DNA from: Octopus vulgaris
Taxonomy: Eukaryota
DNA: 64,000 nt
Reading direction: 5' to 3'
Assembly: GCA_951406725.2 (NCBI GenBank)
Contig: OX597831.1
Coordinates: 81,654,001 to 81,718,000, forward strand
The translations under genes and the position numbers were made by a program. The notes beneath the pieces are model-generated. The model worked only from the letters and a program-made list of their open reading frames with translations. It made no database searches and was not told where the DNA came from. Shown piece after piece: positions 1 to 14,319 of this stretch. The first letter of the stretch is position 1. Every line of letters begins with the position of its first letter.

Positions 1-63
<63 letters not shown>

Positions 64-78
64 TGATAGATAGATAGA
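1..78. repeat. (GATA)n microsatellite
   Basis: Directly visible tandem GATA. Confidence 0.97.
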
Positions 79-796
79 CAGATACACAGACAGACAGTTA
101 GATAGATAGACAGAGATGTACATATATGCACATATAAAAAGGAAGCGACGTTAAAAGAAATATGTATTTGTATACGTGTGTGTGTGTGTGTATGTATATA
201 TATATGTATATGTATACACGCACACACATAGATATACGTATTTATGTAAGTACATATACATAATATATATATGCACACATACGCACTTGCACACATATTT
301 ACACACAGGCACAAACACAGACATACAACACACCCATTACATACAAGTGATATGGCTATTTGTTTTTGTTGTCCTTTTGTTTTTCTTTCCGTATTCAATT
401 GAACTTCCGGTCGGCCATTTTTTCCCTCTGTACGTTGGTGATACGGAAGTTTGTGGAGACGTGAACTTAAAGGTGGTCATGTCACGGTTCAGTCTGCACA
501 GAACTGAAACCCTGTAGAATTATTTCCATGTTTTTAAACTATTCATTGTTGGATATTCGTGATCTTCACCGAAACCGGAAGTCCTTAAAAACCGTATTTC
601 GAAATAGTTTTTCTTGGGTCACGTGGAGAAAGCTAGCTAAAAATGAATACTCCATTACCGAGTAAAGGATTGGCAAGCAACAACAACAACAACAACAACA
701 ACAACAAAACCGTTTACTCGTTGGAAAACGACAGTTCCTTATTGTTTGTTTTCTTTTGAATTCTATCTTCAGTGTCCTTGAGGCCAATAAAGAGAC

Positions 797-1110
797 TTCA
801 TCACCATCACCATCACCATCCTCTTCCTCCTCCTCCTCCTGCTCATCATCATCATCATCATCACCATCCTCCTCCTCCTCCTTCTGCTCATCATCATCAC
901 CATCATCATCACAGTTACCGTCAATATTCAACTTCATCACCATCATCATCATCATAATTGTTACCCTTCTCTTCCATCTTTGCTCCTTCTTTCTCGCAAT
1001 CACCATCATCATCATCATCGTCATCATCATCATCGTCATCATCATCATCATCATCATCATCATACTCCTCCTCCTCCTCCTCCTCCTCCTCAACATCATC
1101 ATCATCATCG
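797..1110. repeat. Compound (CAT)n/(CCT)n triplet low-complexity tract
   Basis: Directly visible; explains the poly-H/S/I/M/D ORFs. Confidence 0.93.
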
Positions 1111-1445
1111 CCAATGCCGTCACTGTTCGGCAGCATCATTGTTGCTACGTCATCGTCAACGTCAGCGATACCAATTCTGCCCCACCCCCTCCTCACACCG
1201 GCTGAAATTATGAATAGTTCGATCGGCAGACACATTTACAGCAAATCTTGTTGCCAATTTTTGGATGCATGATAATCGCGAGTTCGAATCTTGGCCACAT
1301 CTTTAGGATCTTCTTTTGTCTTTCCTCAACATTCATGAATATATGCTTACATTCTCTCTCTCTCTCTCTCTCTGTTTCCCGCACACACACACGCACACAT
1401 ATACGTGCATACACACATATTTGTGCATGTTGTGTGTGTGTGTGT

Positions 1446-1483
<38 letters not shown>

Positions 1484-1545
1484 AACACAAGCACACATGT
1501 GTAGATTGATAGACGTATGTATGAATGTTTGGATACATGTATGTG

Positions 1546-1585
<40 letters not shown>

Positions 1586-2158
1586 GTGTGAGTGTGTGTG
1601 TGTGTGTGTGGTGTGAGTGCGTGTGTGTGTGTGTGAGTGTGAGTGCGTGTGCGTGTGTGTGTGTATGTGTCTGTTGTGCGTACATATTTATGAATGTATA
1701 TGTACGCACACACATATATATTCATATATATGAATGTATATAAAGAGAGAGAGAGAGAGAGAGAGAGAGGGAGTGAGGGAGAGAGACGACAGAGAAACTG
1801 AGAGATAGTAAAAAACAATGAAAAGTGGACAGAATGAAGAAAGAAAAGAAAGAAAATTTCAGGTGGGGGGGGCGGCCGGTGTTAAAAATCAACAGAAAAG
1901 TGATACTAGCTTCATACAATAATGTTGTGAAATGCAGCTATTTAAGTTGTTAACAACATGTAAGATGGCACGGAAGATAACTGATATTTAAAAAGCAACA
2001 AAAAAGAAAGAGAAGAAAACAAAACAAAGAATAATGAAAACCATTAATACAGCAACTACAACAACAACAGCAAGAAAAATGATATAAAAGCAGTTTATAA
2101 AATATACATAAAGTATGCAAAAATAAGTACATTTGCATATGTGTGTGTGTGAATGTAA

Positions 2159-2190
<32 letters not shown>

Positions 2191-2773
2191 GTGTTGTGTG
2201 TGTGTGTACAGTAGAAAACCGCTTGAAAAATAAAAAAAAAATGGACAGCTTGTATGATTAGATTGTGTGTTTTTATTATCAAGTTATGAAAGGGCATAAA
2301 ACTGGCTTCTATGAGCTTTTCTTGGTCAACATCCGCCGTGCCTGAACGAGAAGACGATCAGAACAAACAGCAATCGAATTGAATAATTAATAAATAAACA
2401 ATAATAAAAAAAAACCTACAAATAATAAAAAAAACAAATCAATGCAAATGGATGAAGAATTTCTCAAGACATCGAAACAGCAAAATAACAAAAATTGCTT
2501 TTCCTGCTTTTCGATTTCTTTTTTTTTTTTTTTTGTTTTGTTTTGTGTTTTCATTTTTTAGATTTTTGTATTTTTTTTGTTTTTCTAAAAGCACGGCGTA
2601 GAATCTGGAATACCATAATATAAATTGCGACTTCAGTGACATTTACATGAAGACTAACACATTATCTCTTCGTCGGTTGTTGTTGTTGTTGCTGTTGTTG
2701 TTGTTGTTGTTGTGGTTAATGTAAAATATACGACTTAATGTCTTCATCAAACATTGCACGTTCACCGGGAATA

Positions 2774-3345
2774 CGACGACGACGACGACGACGAAGAAGA
2801 AGAAGAAGAAGAAGAAGAAGAAGAAGAAGGAGTAGAAGAAGAAGAGAAGGAGGAGAAGAAGAAGAAGTAGAAGAAGAAGAAGAAGAGGAAGAAGGAGGAG
2901 GAGGAGGAGGAGGAGGACGAGAAGGAAAAGAAGAAGAAGAAGAAGGAGTAGGAGGAGGAGAAGAAGAAGAAGAAGAAGAAGAAGAAGAAGAAGAGGAAGA
3001 GGAAGAATCAGAAGGAAAAAGAGGAGGAGGAGGAGGAGGAGGAAAAGGAGGAGGAGAAGAAGAAGAAGAAGAAGAAGAAGAAGATTATGAGGAGGAGGAG
3101 GAGGAGGAGGAGTAGAAGATGATGAAGAAGAAGAAGAAGAAGAAGAAGAAGAAGAAGAAGAAGAAGGCAGAAGAAGAAGAAGAAGAAGAAGAAGAAGAAG
3201 AAGAAGAAGAAGAAGAAGAAGAAGAAGAAGAAGAAGAAGAAGAAAAAGATATTTCTGCTGATCATCACGAGAAAGTTGACAATGAGGCGATAACGATGAC
3301 ATCATGCCGGTGGTGATGACGATGATGACGATGACGACGACGGTG
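2774..3345. repeat. Compound (GAA)n/(GGA)n/(GAT)n purine-rich tract
   Basis: Directly visible. Confidence 0.95.
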
Positions 3346-3688
3346 ATAATTATGACGGTGACAATAACTGTCATATGATGGCGAAATGATTTCTGATATC
3401 ATTGACTAGTCCGCCATTTTCTTGGATTGTATATACAATGCTAATGATGATGATGATGATGATGATGATTTCTTATGTAACCAGAAGATGGATTTGGTAT
3501 TAATCTTTATTTTGTACAAGTGTCGTTTCGACTCCTCCCGCTAATGTCCGACTGCGGATGGTAACAGTTAGCCCAGACTGTGCCACTGCCCTACCAAACG
3601 CTTCAACACGCTAATCGACATATACCCATTAGTTCAAAATATCAAATACATATATATACACATATTATCTTCAGGATCTGATAGAATC

Positions 3689-3891
3689 AGGTCGGGTTGC
3701 GGATCCGTGGAACAAGCTGCCAGACGAGATGGTGAAGATGCCGACGACCGCTTTGTTCAAAGCCTCCCTGGACCTCAAGTGGCCTGAACTCTTTACATGA
3801 ACACCACCCTGTACTTAACTCCATGTCCCCCTACATGGCCTTGCTATTTGCTTTTGAGCCAAATTAACTAACTAACTAACTAACTAACTAA
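3689..3891 (+). mobile_element. 3' fragment of a CR1/L2-group LINE with (ACTA)n tail
   Basis: Translates RVADPWNKLPDEMVKMPTTALFKASLDLKWPELFT*, matching the R-x-x-x-x-WN-x-LP...FK-x-x-LD C-terminus of CR1-group ORF2; short 3' UTR, then tandem ACTA. Confidence 0.8.
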
Positions 3892-4227
3892 CATTTAAAT
3901 AGTAAAAGCACCAAGGTAGAGTCAGGAATGTCGCAACAATACCTGCTGACAAATATGTACTTATTAAGGTAAATATGGATTTACCCTTCCAGGTGTGCAC
4001 ACACTCACAAACACTGACAGGATACACAACGTGTATTCAAAGTCACGCAGGTGTACACTCACAACAGGTATGACACACGCGACTCTAGGGGCCAGATTCA
4101 ACGTATGAACGGTCCCAAGCGAAGAATAAGCAGTAACAAAGATGGGTTGACGTTCAATATGGCTGTTTCAGACGTGTTCTTCATTGATGAACAAAAGTGT
4201 TACATCATATTTATAGATATGTGTATG

Positions 4228-4308
<81 letters not shown>

Positions 4309-4423
4309 TGTGTTTATATATATATATATAAAGCATATAATTACATAAATATAATTATAAAATTATATACATTGTATTAATTTTTACCTTAATGGGTAAA
4401 TTGATAGAACCCTTAACTTTAAT

Positions 4424-4834
<411 letters not shown>

Positions 4835-5231
4835 ACCTACAATATATAATTGTCAACCTACCTACCTATCAAAATTTCTGACTTTTCATCTACCTACCTG
4901 TGATCACTCCATTTGTCTATTTGTTTATCTGCTTCTTAATGTAGAAAATGTCCCCACCACTACACACCCAACACCTAACACCCACCATTCGCAGACACTC
5001 ACAAATACAGGTACACACACGCACACACACACACACATCACCAATACTCTGCAGACTCAAGACAACTCCAGTTCTTCGAAAATGGTTGGAAACAACATAA
5101 TGGCGATTAAAGGTAAATAGAAGCGAAAGCTTCATCGTGGCCGGGTTTGTTTTGGTTCTTCTGAATGCACAGCACATACAATATCTACTCACACATATTT
5201 ATAGGTGGACGTATGCATATCTGTGTTAGCG

Positions 5232-5553
5232 CATGTATGTATGTATGTGTGTATGTATGTATGTATGTATGTATGTATGTATGTATGTATGTAGGTATGT
5301 ATGTATGTATGTATGTATTGTATGTATGTATGTATGTGTGTATGTATGTATGTATGTATGTGTGTATGTATGTATGCATGTATGTATATACACATACGCA
5401 CATATACACATACATATACACATACACATACGTATGTATATACACATATGTATGTATGTATGTATATACACATGTATGTATGTATATACACATACGTATG
5501 TATGTATATACACATACATACACATATGTAAGTATGTATATACACACACACAT

Positions 5554-5618
<65 letters not shown>

Positions 5619-5668
5619 AAGAAAGAGAGATATACATATACGCACACACACACATATATATGTACATA

Positions 5669-5722
<54 letters not shown>

Positions 5723-5825
5723 TATATATATACATATATGTATGTATATATATGCATATATGTCTATAAGTATGTATATATGCATGTATGTATTCATGTA
5801 TACATGTGAATGCATGCATATATAT
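5232..5825. repeat. Compound (GTAT)n/(CA)n/(TA)n microsatellite block
   Basis: Directly visible. Confidence 0.95.
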
Positions 5826-6182
5826 TTCTGTGTGTAGTTGTACTCCTGTATTTCTGCGTGTGTCCGTGTGTGTCCGTGTGTCCGTGTGTGTGTGTGAATG
5901 TATAAATGTATGTGACTATGTGTCAAGCTGTAGATCACTAATGGTATGATTAAATGTCTAAGACACTGTTAGACCATCAAATACAAGAATTAAAAGCTAC
6001 TTGGATGCTTTTAAGGTAATCTGCATCCCCTGACACGAGTTCCACATCCGTGACTGACGTCATTAAACATACGACACGTATGTTACCATTCCACTATTTG
6101 CTATTATACACACATACATACATACAGGCATACACACTCACACACTCACACATGCACAGATAGTCAAGGCTGTAAAATGTAT

Positions 6183-6241
<59 letters not shown>

Positions 6242-6351
6242 GTACTTATGAAGCAGTAAACGTGAATATCGGTGAGGTTGTGTACATGCAGAAGACATAG
6301 TAGCAACGTGTGTAGAGCACGCACGCGCGCGTATATATAATGTACAAACAT

Positions 6352-6474
<123 letters not shown>

Positions 6475-6674
6475 CATATATATACATATATATATATACA
6501 CATACATACATAAATATACAAATGTATGTATATACATACATACATACATACGTACATACATACATACATATATATATAGATATATATGTATGTGTATATT
6601 TATATGTATGTATGTATGTATGTATGCATGTATGTATGTATGTATGTATCTATCTGTATATATAATATTCTATA

Positions 6675-7080
6675 GGCGCAGGAGTGGCTGTGTGGTAAGT
6701 AGCTTGTTTACGAACCACATGGTTCCGGGTTCAGTCCCACTGCGTGGCACCTTGGGCAAGTGTCTTCTACTATAGCCTCGGGCCGACCAAAGCCTTGTGA
6801 GTGGATTTGGTAGAAGGAAACTGAAAGAAGCCCGTTGTATATATATATATATATATATGCGTGTGTGTGCTTGTGTGTCTGTGTTTCTCCCCCTAGCATT
6901 GCTTGACAACCGATGCTGGTGTGTTTATGTCCCCGTTACTTAGCGGTTCGGCAAAAGAGACCGATAGAATAAGTACTGGGCTTACAAAAGAGTAAGTCCC
7001 GGGGTCGATTTGCTCGATTAAAGGCGGTGCTCCAACATGGCCGCAGTCAAATGACTGAAACAAATAAAAGAGTAAAAGAG

Positions 7081-7081
<1 letters not shown>
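6675..7081 (+). mobile_element. Full-length tRNA-derived SINE (family S2) with internal (TA)/(TG) microsatellite
   Basis: Head has A-box-like TGGCTGTGTGG and B-box-like GGTTCAGTCC; the same sequence recurs at ~18830, 19000, 20015, 25243 and 48795; tail matches the CR1-like LINE 3' end at 55684-55722. Confidence 0.88.
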
Positions 7082-7123
<42 letters not shown>

Positions 7124-7180
7124 ATATATATATGTATATACATATATATACATATATATATATATGTGTGTGTGTGTGTA

Positions 7181-7211
<31 letters not shown>

Positions 7212-7319
7212 CAATGGTTGTTGCGATACACAGAATATGATATGAAACTGCATATTCGCACGCACACACACACACACACATACACACACCTACATATGTC
7301 TATGTCTGTACGTGTGCGA

Positions 7320-7351
<32 letters not shown>

Positions 7352-7431
7352 CCAATGTCATCTCGTATGCATTCGAGTTTATACGCACCCAAGACCCTAG
7401 GAATAAGATGCGTTTAGATTCTTAGATGTAT

Positions 7432-7586
7432 TATCGTCCGGCCGAGGTTGACTTTGCCTTTCATCCTTTCGAGGTCGATAAATTAAGAACCATTTACGCA
7501 CTGGGGTCGATATAATCGACTTAATCCATTTGTCTGTCCTTGTTTGTCCCCTCTGTGTTTAGCCCCTTGTGGGTAGTAAAGAAATA
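7432..7586 (+). mobile_element. 5'-truncated SINE (family S1, Nin-domain-like core) with Tx1-type tail
   Basis: Core GACTTTGCCTTTCATCCTTTCGAGGTCGATAAA recurs many times in the window; tail TTTGTCCCCTCTGTGTTTAGCCCCTTGTGGGTAGTAAAGAAA. Confidence 0.85.
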
Positions 7587-7940
7587 GGGATTGGAAGATC
7601 CCGTACCTCACAGTCATTTGATCAACGCACACACACACACACACACATAAAAGCACACGTAAACCCACACGTGTATGTGTTTACGAGTGTTCATATTCTT
7701 ACAGCAGATAAGTTTGATGGAACTGAAGCTTGGCGAATAGATGCGATGCTGATCCTGTATGGTCATGATATAAAAAGTATGAGCACATCTAATTACACAA
7801 AATTCTCCTTTAATCTTCTTACCCGATGACTACTATAACCACCATATAAAAACCCTCACTCATATCCATCTGCTTCTCTCTCTCTCTCTCTGTCTTTTCT
7901 ACTATCTATCTATCTATCCATATGTATATATATATATATA

Positions 7941-8842
7941 GGTTATGAGAGGTAATGGTGTATGTAAGACCCAACGGTGTCAGGTTATGCTGAGTAAGTG
8001 CTATGGACTGACTATAGTTAAGCTCCAGGGTCGGTGATTATGCGAATGAGGAGTCCAACGTAGGTCATATTTCAGTATGTGTATATATAAAAAAAATTTT
8101 TTCAGAATGAGATAGAAATCCAAGGCTGTGAAAGATTTCAGAACATTTATAAAGAGAAGGTCTTACAGCTGTTTGCGGGATATTTTATATATCCCTTCAT
8201 CGTACACGGTGTGAGAAGATGGTTAAACAATAGTTATTCTAGATAAGATATGAAATAGAGAGTGAAATGAAGGAATGAAAATAGATGCGAGATATGCAGG
8301 GATATTGCCTTTGTAGATCCATTATTTAGGCAGAATGGTATACATATAAAATTCCAATGCTTTGTGAGTAAAAGCCAATAGTTTTTAAAATTGGTCATTC
8401 CAAGTATAGAGTTTGTACACAGTACTATTGAATCAAGGGTTTTATTTATAGTGACCTTACAAATACATTCCCTACTTTTAGGTCACTTTAAATAAAACCC
8501 TTGATTCAATAGCACTGTTACAAATTCTATACTTGGAATGACTAATTTTAAATACTATTGGCTTTTACTCACAAGGTACAGGAAACTTATATGCATACCA
8601 TTCTGCCTAAATAATGGATCTATAAATGCAATATCCCTGCATATCTCACATCTATTTTCATTCCTCCACTTCACTCTCTATTTCGTATCTTATCTAAATT
8701 AACTATTTCTTAACCATCTGCTCATACCGTCTCTGATGAAGGGATATAATGAATATCCTGGAAACAGGTGTAAGACCTTCTCTTTATAAATGTTCTAAAA
8801 TCCTCACAGCCTTGGCTTTTTATCTCATTCTGAAAAAAATTT
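7941..8842 (-). mobile_element. Fold-back Penelope-like element, family A (long arms)
   Basis: Inverted arms ~8094-8457 and ~8480-8842, loop 8458-8479, unduplicated tail 7941-8093, (TA)n on both sides; homologous to 9885-10132 and 45787-46272. Confidence 0.8.
8729..8776 (+). ncRNA. Type I hammerhead ribozyme motif
   Basis: GUCU-CUGAUGA-A-GGGAUAU(loop)AUAUCCU-G-GAAA-CAGGUG-UA-AGAC: canonical core, stem I GUCU/AGAC, 7-bp stem II; stem III is the palindrome CAGCUG in sibling copies. Confidence 0.72.
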
Positions 8843-8893
8843 ATATATATATATATATGCCTGTCTGTCTGTCTATCTTTCTGTTTGTCTGTC

Positions 8894-8928
<35 letters not shown>

Positions 8929-9374
8929 TTCTCCCTCTCTGTATATATGTATGTATGTGTGTGTGTGTGTTTGTGTGCGCGTCTGTACAAACAACATGAA
9001 AATGGGAAAATGTTGTCTATTCTTAATTGCTTGTTTCGCTCATTTCATTACAGGATCGGAGCCATAATCCTACACACACAGGAAAAAATGTACAGACTCG
9101 TCTCTCCTTCAACCTTCGGGTTTAAGGCTTAAGGGATTCTATACATTTCATTTTTCTTCACGTATCCCTTCTTGTAATGACACACATCTATCGTGGAATT
9201 AAACAGATACCAAGGTTTCCTAGTTTTCTCTTTTGACAGGAAATTATTCAGCAAATGGAATTCAATTGAACTTTCACTTGTTATGTCTGTCGCATCCAAC
9301 CAAAAACATCAATAGACAAACATGTGAAGAGGTATGCTTCTCGAGGACACAGCCTGGATTGTGGCCCATTATGT

Positions 9375-9409
<35 letters not shown>

Positions 9410-9884
9410 CACAAAAAACAAAGGAAATATATATCTTCAGTTATTTCTTTTAAATATCCAATTGTATGTCTCCTTATATATACCTATTAATGTGTATGAT
9501 GTAGATACGCTGAGGGAATGTATATTCTCACATTCAGCTTAGCACAGGAACCTCAAATGGAGATTCCCTGGAATAATCTGCAGATTTTCGCATCATCTTA
9601 AATCGATTGTGGTTGGAGAATGTGAATCAATTTGATTCGTTCCTTTTTGGAGAATTCCACCATTTTGGGAGGCTTTTATACAAATCTGATCTATGGCATT
9701 GAGTACAAATGAAAATCTACAGCCTTGATATATGTATGGACATACATATGTATATATTCATATATTTATGCATGCATATTTGTATAAATACATCAATATG
9801 CGTTTTTTTATGTATGTCCGTATATATGTATGCATGTGTGAATATCTATTTGTGTGAATGCATGTGTGAGTGTATATATATATA

Positions 9885-10132
9885 GCTGGGGTTATAAGAG
9901 ATAATGGTGTCATTGAGACCCAAAGGTGTCAGGTAATGTTGAATAAGTGCTATAGACAGACCATAGTTAAGTTCCAGATTCGGTAATATTGCGAATAAAG
10001 GGTTCAACGTTGGTTCTATGTCAGCATGTGTATATAAGAATTTTTTGCGTAATACGATAAAAAACCCAAGGCAGTATAGATATTAGAGCATTTACAGCCT
10101 TGGTTTTTTTTATCTTATTATGCAAAAAATTC
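9885..10132 (-). mobile_element. Fold-back Penelope-like element, family A (short arms, no ribozyme retained)
   Basis: Tail 9885-10037 is homologous to 7941-8093 and to the reverse complement of 46128-46272; arms ~10038-10076 and ~10093-10132; TA runs on both sides. Confidence 0.78.
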
Positions 10133-10324
10133 ATATATATATATATCTAATCCATATAATAACACAAAGAAACACTTTAACAAATCTTTAATGATTTGAT
10201 AAAATTGTTTCTGTAACAACTCTGCTTGCAACAACAGCTTACGCAATATTCAAAGTGAAAATTTTCAAACGTATGTGTGTGTGTATCGTATATGCATTAA
10301 TATATAAGTATGTGTATACATATG

Positions 10325-10520
<196 letters not shown>

Positions 10521-10625
10521 TCGTTACCTAGCAATGTAGGTGTTTCTAACACCTAGTCATATTTAGTGACAATTTTCCTTTTCGGTAAAACATTGCAAAC
10601 AGCCGTCCATAATAATTTTATATAA

Positions 10626-11052
10626 TTGTTGGTCTGGAAAAGGATTGTGACACTAATTTTTCAATACCAGCATTGCCCAAATGACCTTAACATTAGCTTC
10701 AAGGTTCATCCAAGGCTGGGACCACGGGCCATACGTCCCCTGCACAATTCAGGATCACAACATATAGGTACACTGCGACATAATTTCTTTTCCTCAACAG
10801 GCCCTGCCCTGTTTAACATTGTCCCAAAATTGATTAAAGAGGAAAAAGATCTCATCACCTTTAAACAGCGTCTGGACGGATGTCTTCAAGGAATACCAGA
10901 TAAGCCACCCATACCTGGATACAACTCACTCAACAAGAACTCACTACTTGAATGAACCATAAACAAAAGTTGACTTAAAAAGGATTTAGATAATTTAGAT
11001 AATCCTATCAGGTGGTGCAATCTTTGGTCGAAACATATCTAAGTTTTATCAA

Positions 11053-11055
<3 letters not shown>
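10626..11055 (+). mobile_element. 3' fragment of a CR1-like LINE
   Basis: ORF ends F-x-x-x-GPALFNIVPK...FKQRLD-x-x-LQGIPDKP, similar to the C-terminus of the 55749-56447 ORF (GPQLFN...FKIKLD...VPDEP). Confidence 0.75.
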
Positions 11056-11090
<35 letters not shown>

Positions 11091-11174
11091 ATTATTATTA
11101 TTAGCATTATCCTGCGTTTGAGAATTTAAAATCATATATATATATATGTGTATATATATACATACATATATATA

Positions 11175-11238
<64 letters not shown>

Positions 11239-11781
11239 CACACACATATATATGTATATATATATATATACATACATGTATGTATGTATAAATCATATTG
11301 GCTCAACATTTACGCAATAAGCTTTGAGTACTTACTTGCAAATCATGTGCTTAGCTTTACTTCTATGAGCGAAAGGTATGAATATGTGTGTATATATGTA
11401 TGCATGGATGTATATATATACATGTACGTATGTATGTATATGTCACCTTTTCTCTATGCTGATCTGTTTCAGTATTCACAGTGTGTATACATACGTGTAT
11501 GTATGTGTGTGTGCATGCGTGTGTGTGTGCGTGTGTGTGTGTGTGTATAGTTCATGTATCAGAGAACTTGATGTAAAGTTGGCTATTTTAATGTTGACCT
11601 CACCAATTCAGCGCTACTTAAATAGATTTGATGTGTTGGTGTTAGTCGTTCTCTCATTCTAAGTATCGCTGTTAACTTCCTACACTCGGTGTATTTTTTA
11701 TTATCTAACCTTCCTCACCTTCCTCACCTCTTCACCCACCCCTACTTCTCCTCCTCCTCTTCTTATCATTATTATCATTAC

Positions 11782-11814
<33 letters not shown>

Positions 11815-12852
11815 CATTATTATTATTATTATTATTATTATCATTATTATTATTGTGTTTTTTGACAGATATTTTTTCTTTATTTTTCTTTGTTTTCCTT
11901 CTACCGTGTTGTTTTGTTTTGTTTTTAATCTTTTGTCCTTCTCAACACTTTATCTCCAAAGCATAAGATCGGCGTCAAGACATCCATTAATTTCACCAAA
12001 CCTTAAAAAAAAGAAAAAAGAAAAAGAAAAAAAAACTAAGGATAGAGAACGAACATCATTGAATGTCATTCTTTGTAAATTATTATTATCATTATTATTA
12101 TTGTTGTTGTTGTTGTTGTTTGTTGATGTTGTTTTTCTTTTACGTAGAATAGTCCCCGTTTTGGCCTTAAATGTGATCTTAGTTAAAAATGCAAGAATGT
12201 ACTGTCACTAAGTAAACAGAATGGTTTCGGAAGAGCACTTTTCCTCCTCATTATTCCGCCATTGAACACAAATGTTTATGTAAGTGCGAAGATAGATTTC
12301 AATAGCATCTGTCAAAATGTGATAGGACTCTGAGAGGAAGCTAATTGCAAGGAATTGTACGTGTGCCAAACATTGTCTTCTCTGCTGTCTTCCTTCTTTC
12401 ATAGGCGAAATGTCTTGGCGAATCTTGTACAAGAATCTATGAGGAAATGTTTGCATGTCTTGGCATTGGCTTACAGAGTGGTGGCGGCGGGGAGAAAAAA
12501 TAAACAAAAAATATACGGACAGGGAGAAAAGAATAAAAATAAATAATCAAAAGCAAGAAAGGAAGGAAAGCAAACAAAATAAGAAAGTATTTGCAAATCT
12601 ATTTACTTATTTACGAATGTCAGTTGTTATTTAAATAAATGTACTTCCGGTTAACAAAACCGACAAGAGGTTGGAATGAATGACAACGAAACAGAAGGAA
12701 TTAAAGTGAATTCGAGAATAAATCACCCGTAAATTGAACATCTCATTTCTAAAAGACACAACATTATTGATACAGCACAGCTTTTTCTTCTGTTTTTTTT
12801 ATTATTTTATTTTCTGTTTTAGTTTTCGATTTATTAGAGTAGAAAGAGAGAG

Positions 12853-12985
12853 TGAAGGCACGTGGTTTAGTGGTTAGGGGTATTCGGCTCATAATCAGAA
12901 GGTCGTGGTTTCAATTCTTGAACCTGGCAACACGTTTTGTCCTTAAGCAAGGCACTTCATTTCTCGTTGCACCTATCTACTCCTT
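12853..12985 (+). mobile_element. 5' part of tRNA-derived SINE (family S3)
   Basis: GCACGTGGTTTAGTGGTTAG...GGTTTCAATTC head and GTCCTTAAGCAAGGCACTT core; homologous to 27567-27916 and 58288-58530. Confidence 0.7.
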
Positions 12986-13356
12986 ATACACTTCATTATT
13001 CTATGTCTAATTTTTCTCTAAATAGTCTGTCACAAACTATCTGCTATCCGTCTGTAAAGCATTCTAATCGATGCAAATCATGATCGATCGATCAATACAA
13101 GCTGCATAGTAACAGACACAATCGATCAAACACCTTTCCAAATTGATTTCAGTGTCCTTATCTCATGTTTGGCCAACACAATTCATAAACTTGTCAACGA
13201 AAACTGGTAGATTTTCTCTTTCACCATACATCTTTTGTTTTCGGTTATCGTCCGTAATTCGGTAGACGTATTGTCAAAAACGTCCCAGCCGTGACCATCC
13301 CGTCTTTTTATGTATGCAAAACTACATTAATACAATGTCAATAAGGTACTGCTAAA

Positions 13357-13780
13357 GGCGGCGAGCTGGCAGAAATATTAGCACGCCGGGCGAAATGTTT
13401 AGCAGTATTTCGTCTGTCTTTACGTTCTGAGTTCAAATTCCACCGAGGTCAACTTTGCCTTTCATCCTTTCGATAAATTAAGTACCAGTTGCCTACTGGG
13501 GTCGATCTAATTGACTGGACCCCTCCCCCACAATTTCGGGCCTTGTGCCTAGAATAAAATACTGCTAGTTCAAACACCACCATATTACCTATTCCCAAAA
13601 CTGGCAGAATCGTTGCCGCACCAGGATAAAATGCTTAGCGCCATTTCATTCGTCTCCATTTCTCAGTTCATATTTGCCTTACATCCTTACGGGGGTCGAC
13701 AAAATAAGTGCCCAGTTAATAAATCGACTTATCGCCTTCCCCCAAAATTGCTGGCCTTGTGCCAAACCTTTAAATCAATA
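13357..13780 (+). mobile_element. Two adjacent S1 SINE copies with the alternative (CCCC...GGCCTTGTGCC) tail
   Basis: GGCGGCGAGCTGGCAGAA head, GAGTTCAAATTCC B-box, Nin-like core; a second, more degenerate copy starts at ~13600. Confidence 0.8.
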
Positions 13781-14319
13781 TTACCACTTCCTAGTGTAGA
13801 AGGTATTACCATGTAGCAATGAATGACTATAACGAGTGGTGGTTCCTATGTACAGCCAGGTAGAGTCTGCCGTGGAGAGTCTTAGCTAACCCCTGACATA
13901 AGAGTGTCAGTGGTTGGATATCAATCGGTGTTTTCTGGATAGCTTTGGATCTTGTTGATCAGCCAACCTACACACACTCACTCATACACACATAAACAAA
14001 CACACACACACACCTATATGGGTGCGTGTGTTTGTGCGTGTGTGTGCGCGCGCGCGTATGTGTTTGTGTGTAACGATAGGCACCATCCTCTGGCCCACAG
14101 GCAAGCTGTTTCCTCTCCCTTGTTTCTCCCTACGGCTACTATAGTGCCATCTATCACATACCCCCCACCACTCAAGCGCCTCCCATTCACTCTTCTTTCC
14201 ACCTCCCGTCACTCATAGGTCAATCCAGTTACCACCACTCCTCTCTAATCATTATATCCAATCCTTCCTCTATAGAAAATTATCCCTCTGGTATCTTCTC
14301 CTCTCGGCTCATATCTTAC

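Noticed and set aside
151-3374. Long ORFs rich in poly-M/I/L/E/S/H
   Set aside because: They are translations of di- and trinucleotide microsatellites, open in several frames and on both strands.
4155-4190. Hammerhead-like TGAAGA..GAAA on the minus strand
   Set aside because: Incomplete core and no supporting stems; such short matches are expected by chance.
6675-6750. tRNA-like sequence with A and B boxes
   Set aside because: It is the head of a repeated SINE; no convincing cloverleaf.
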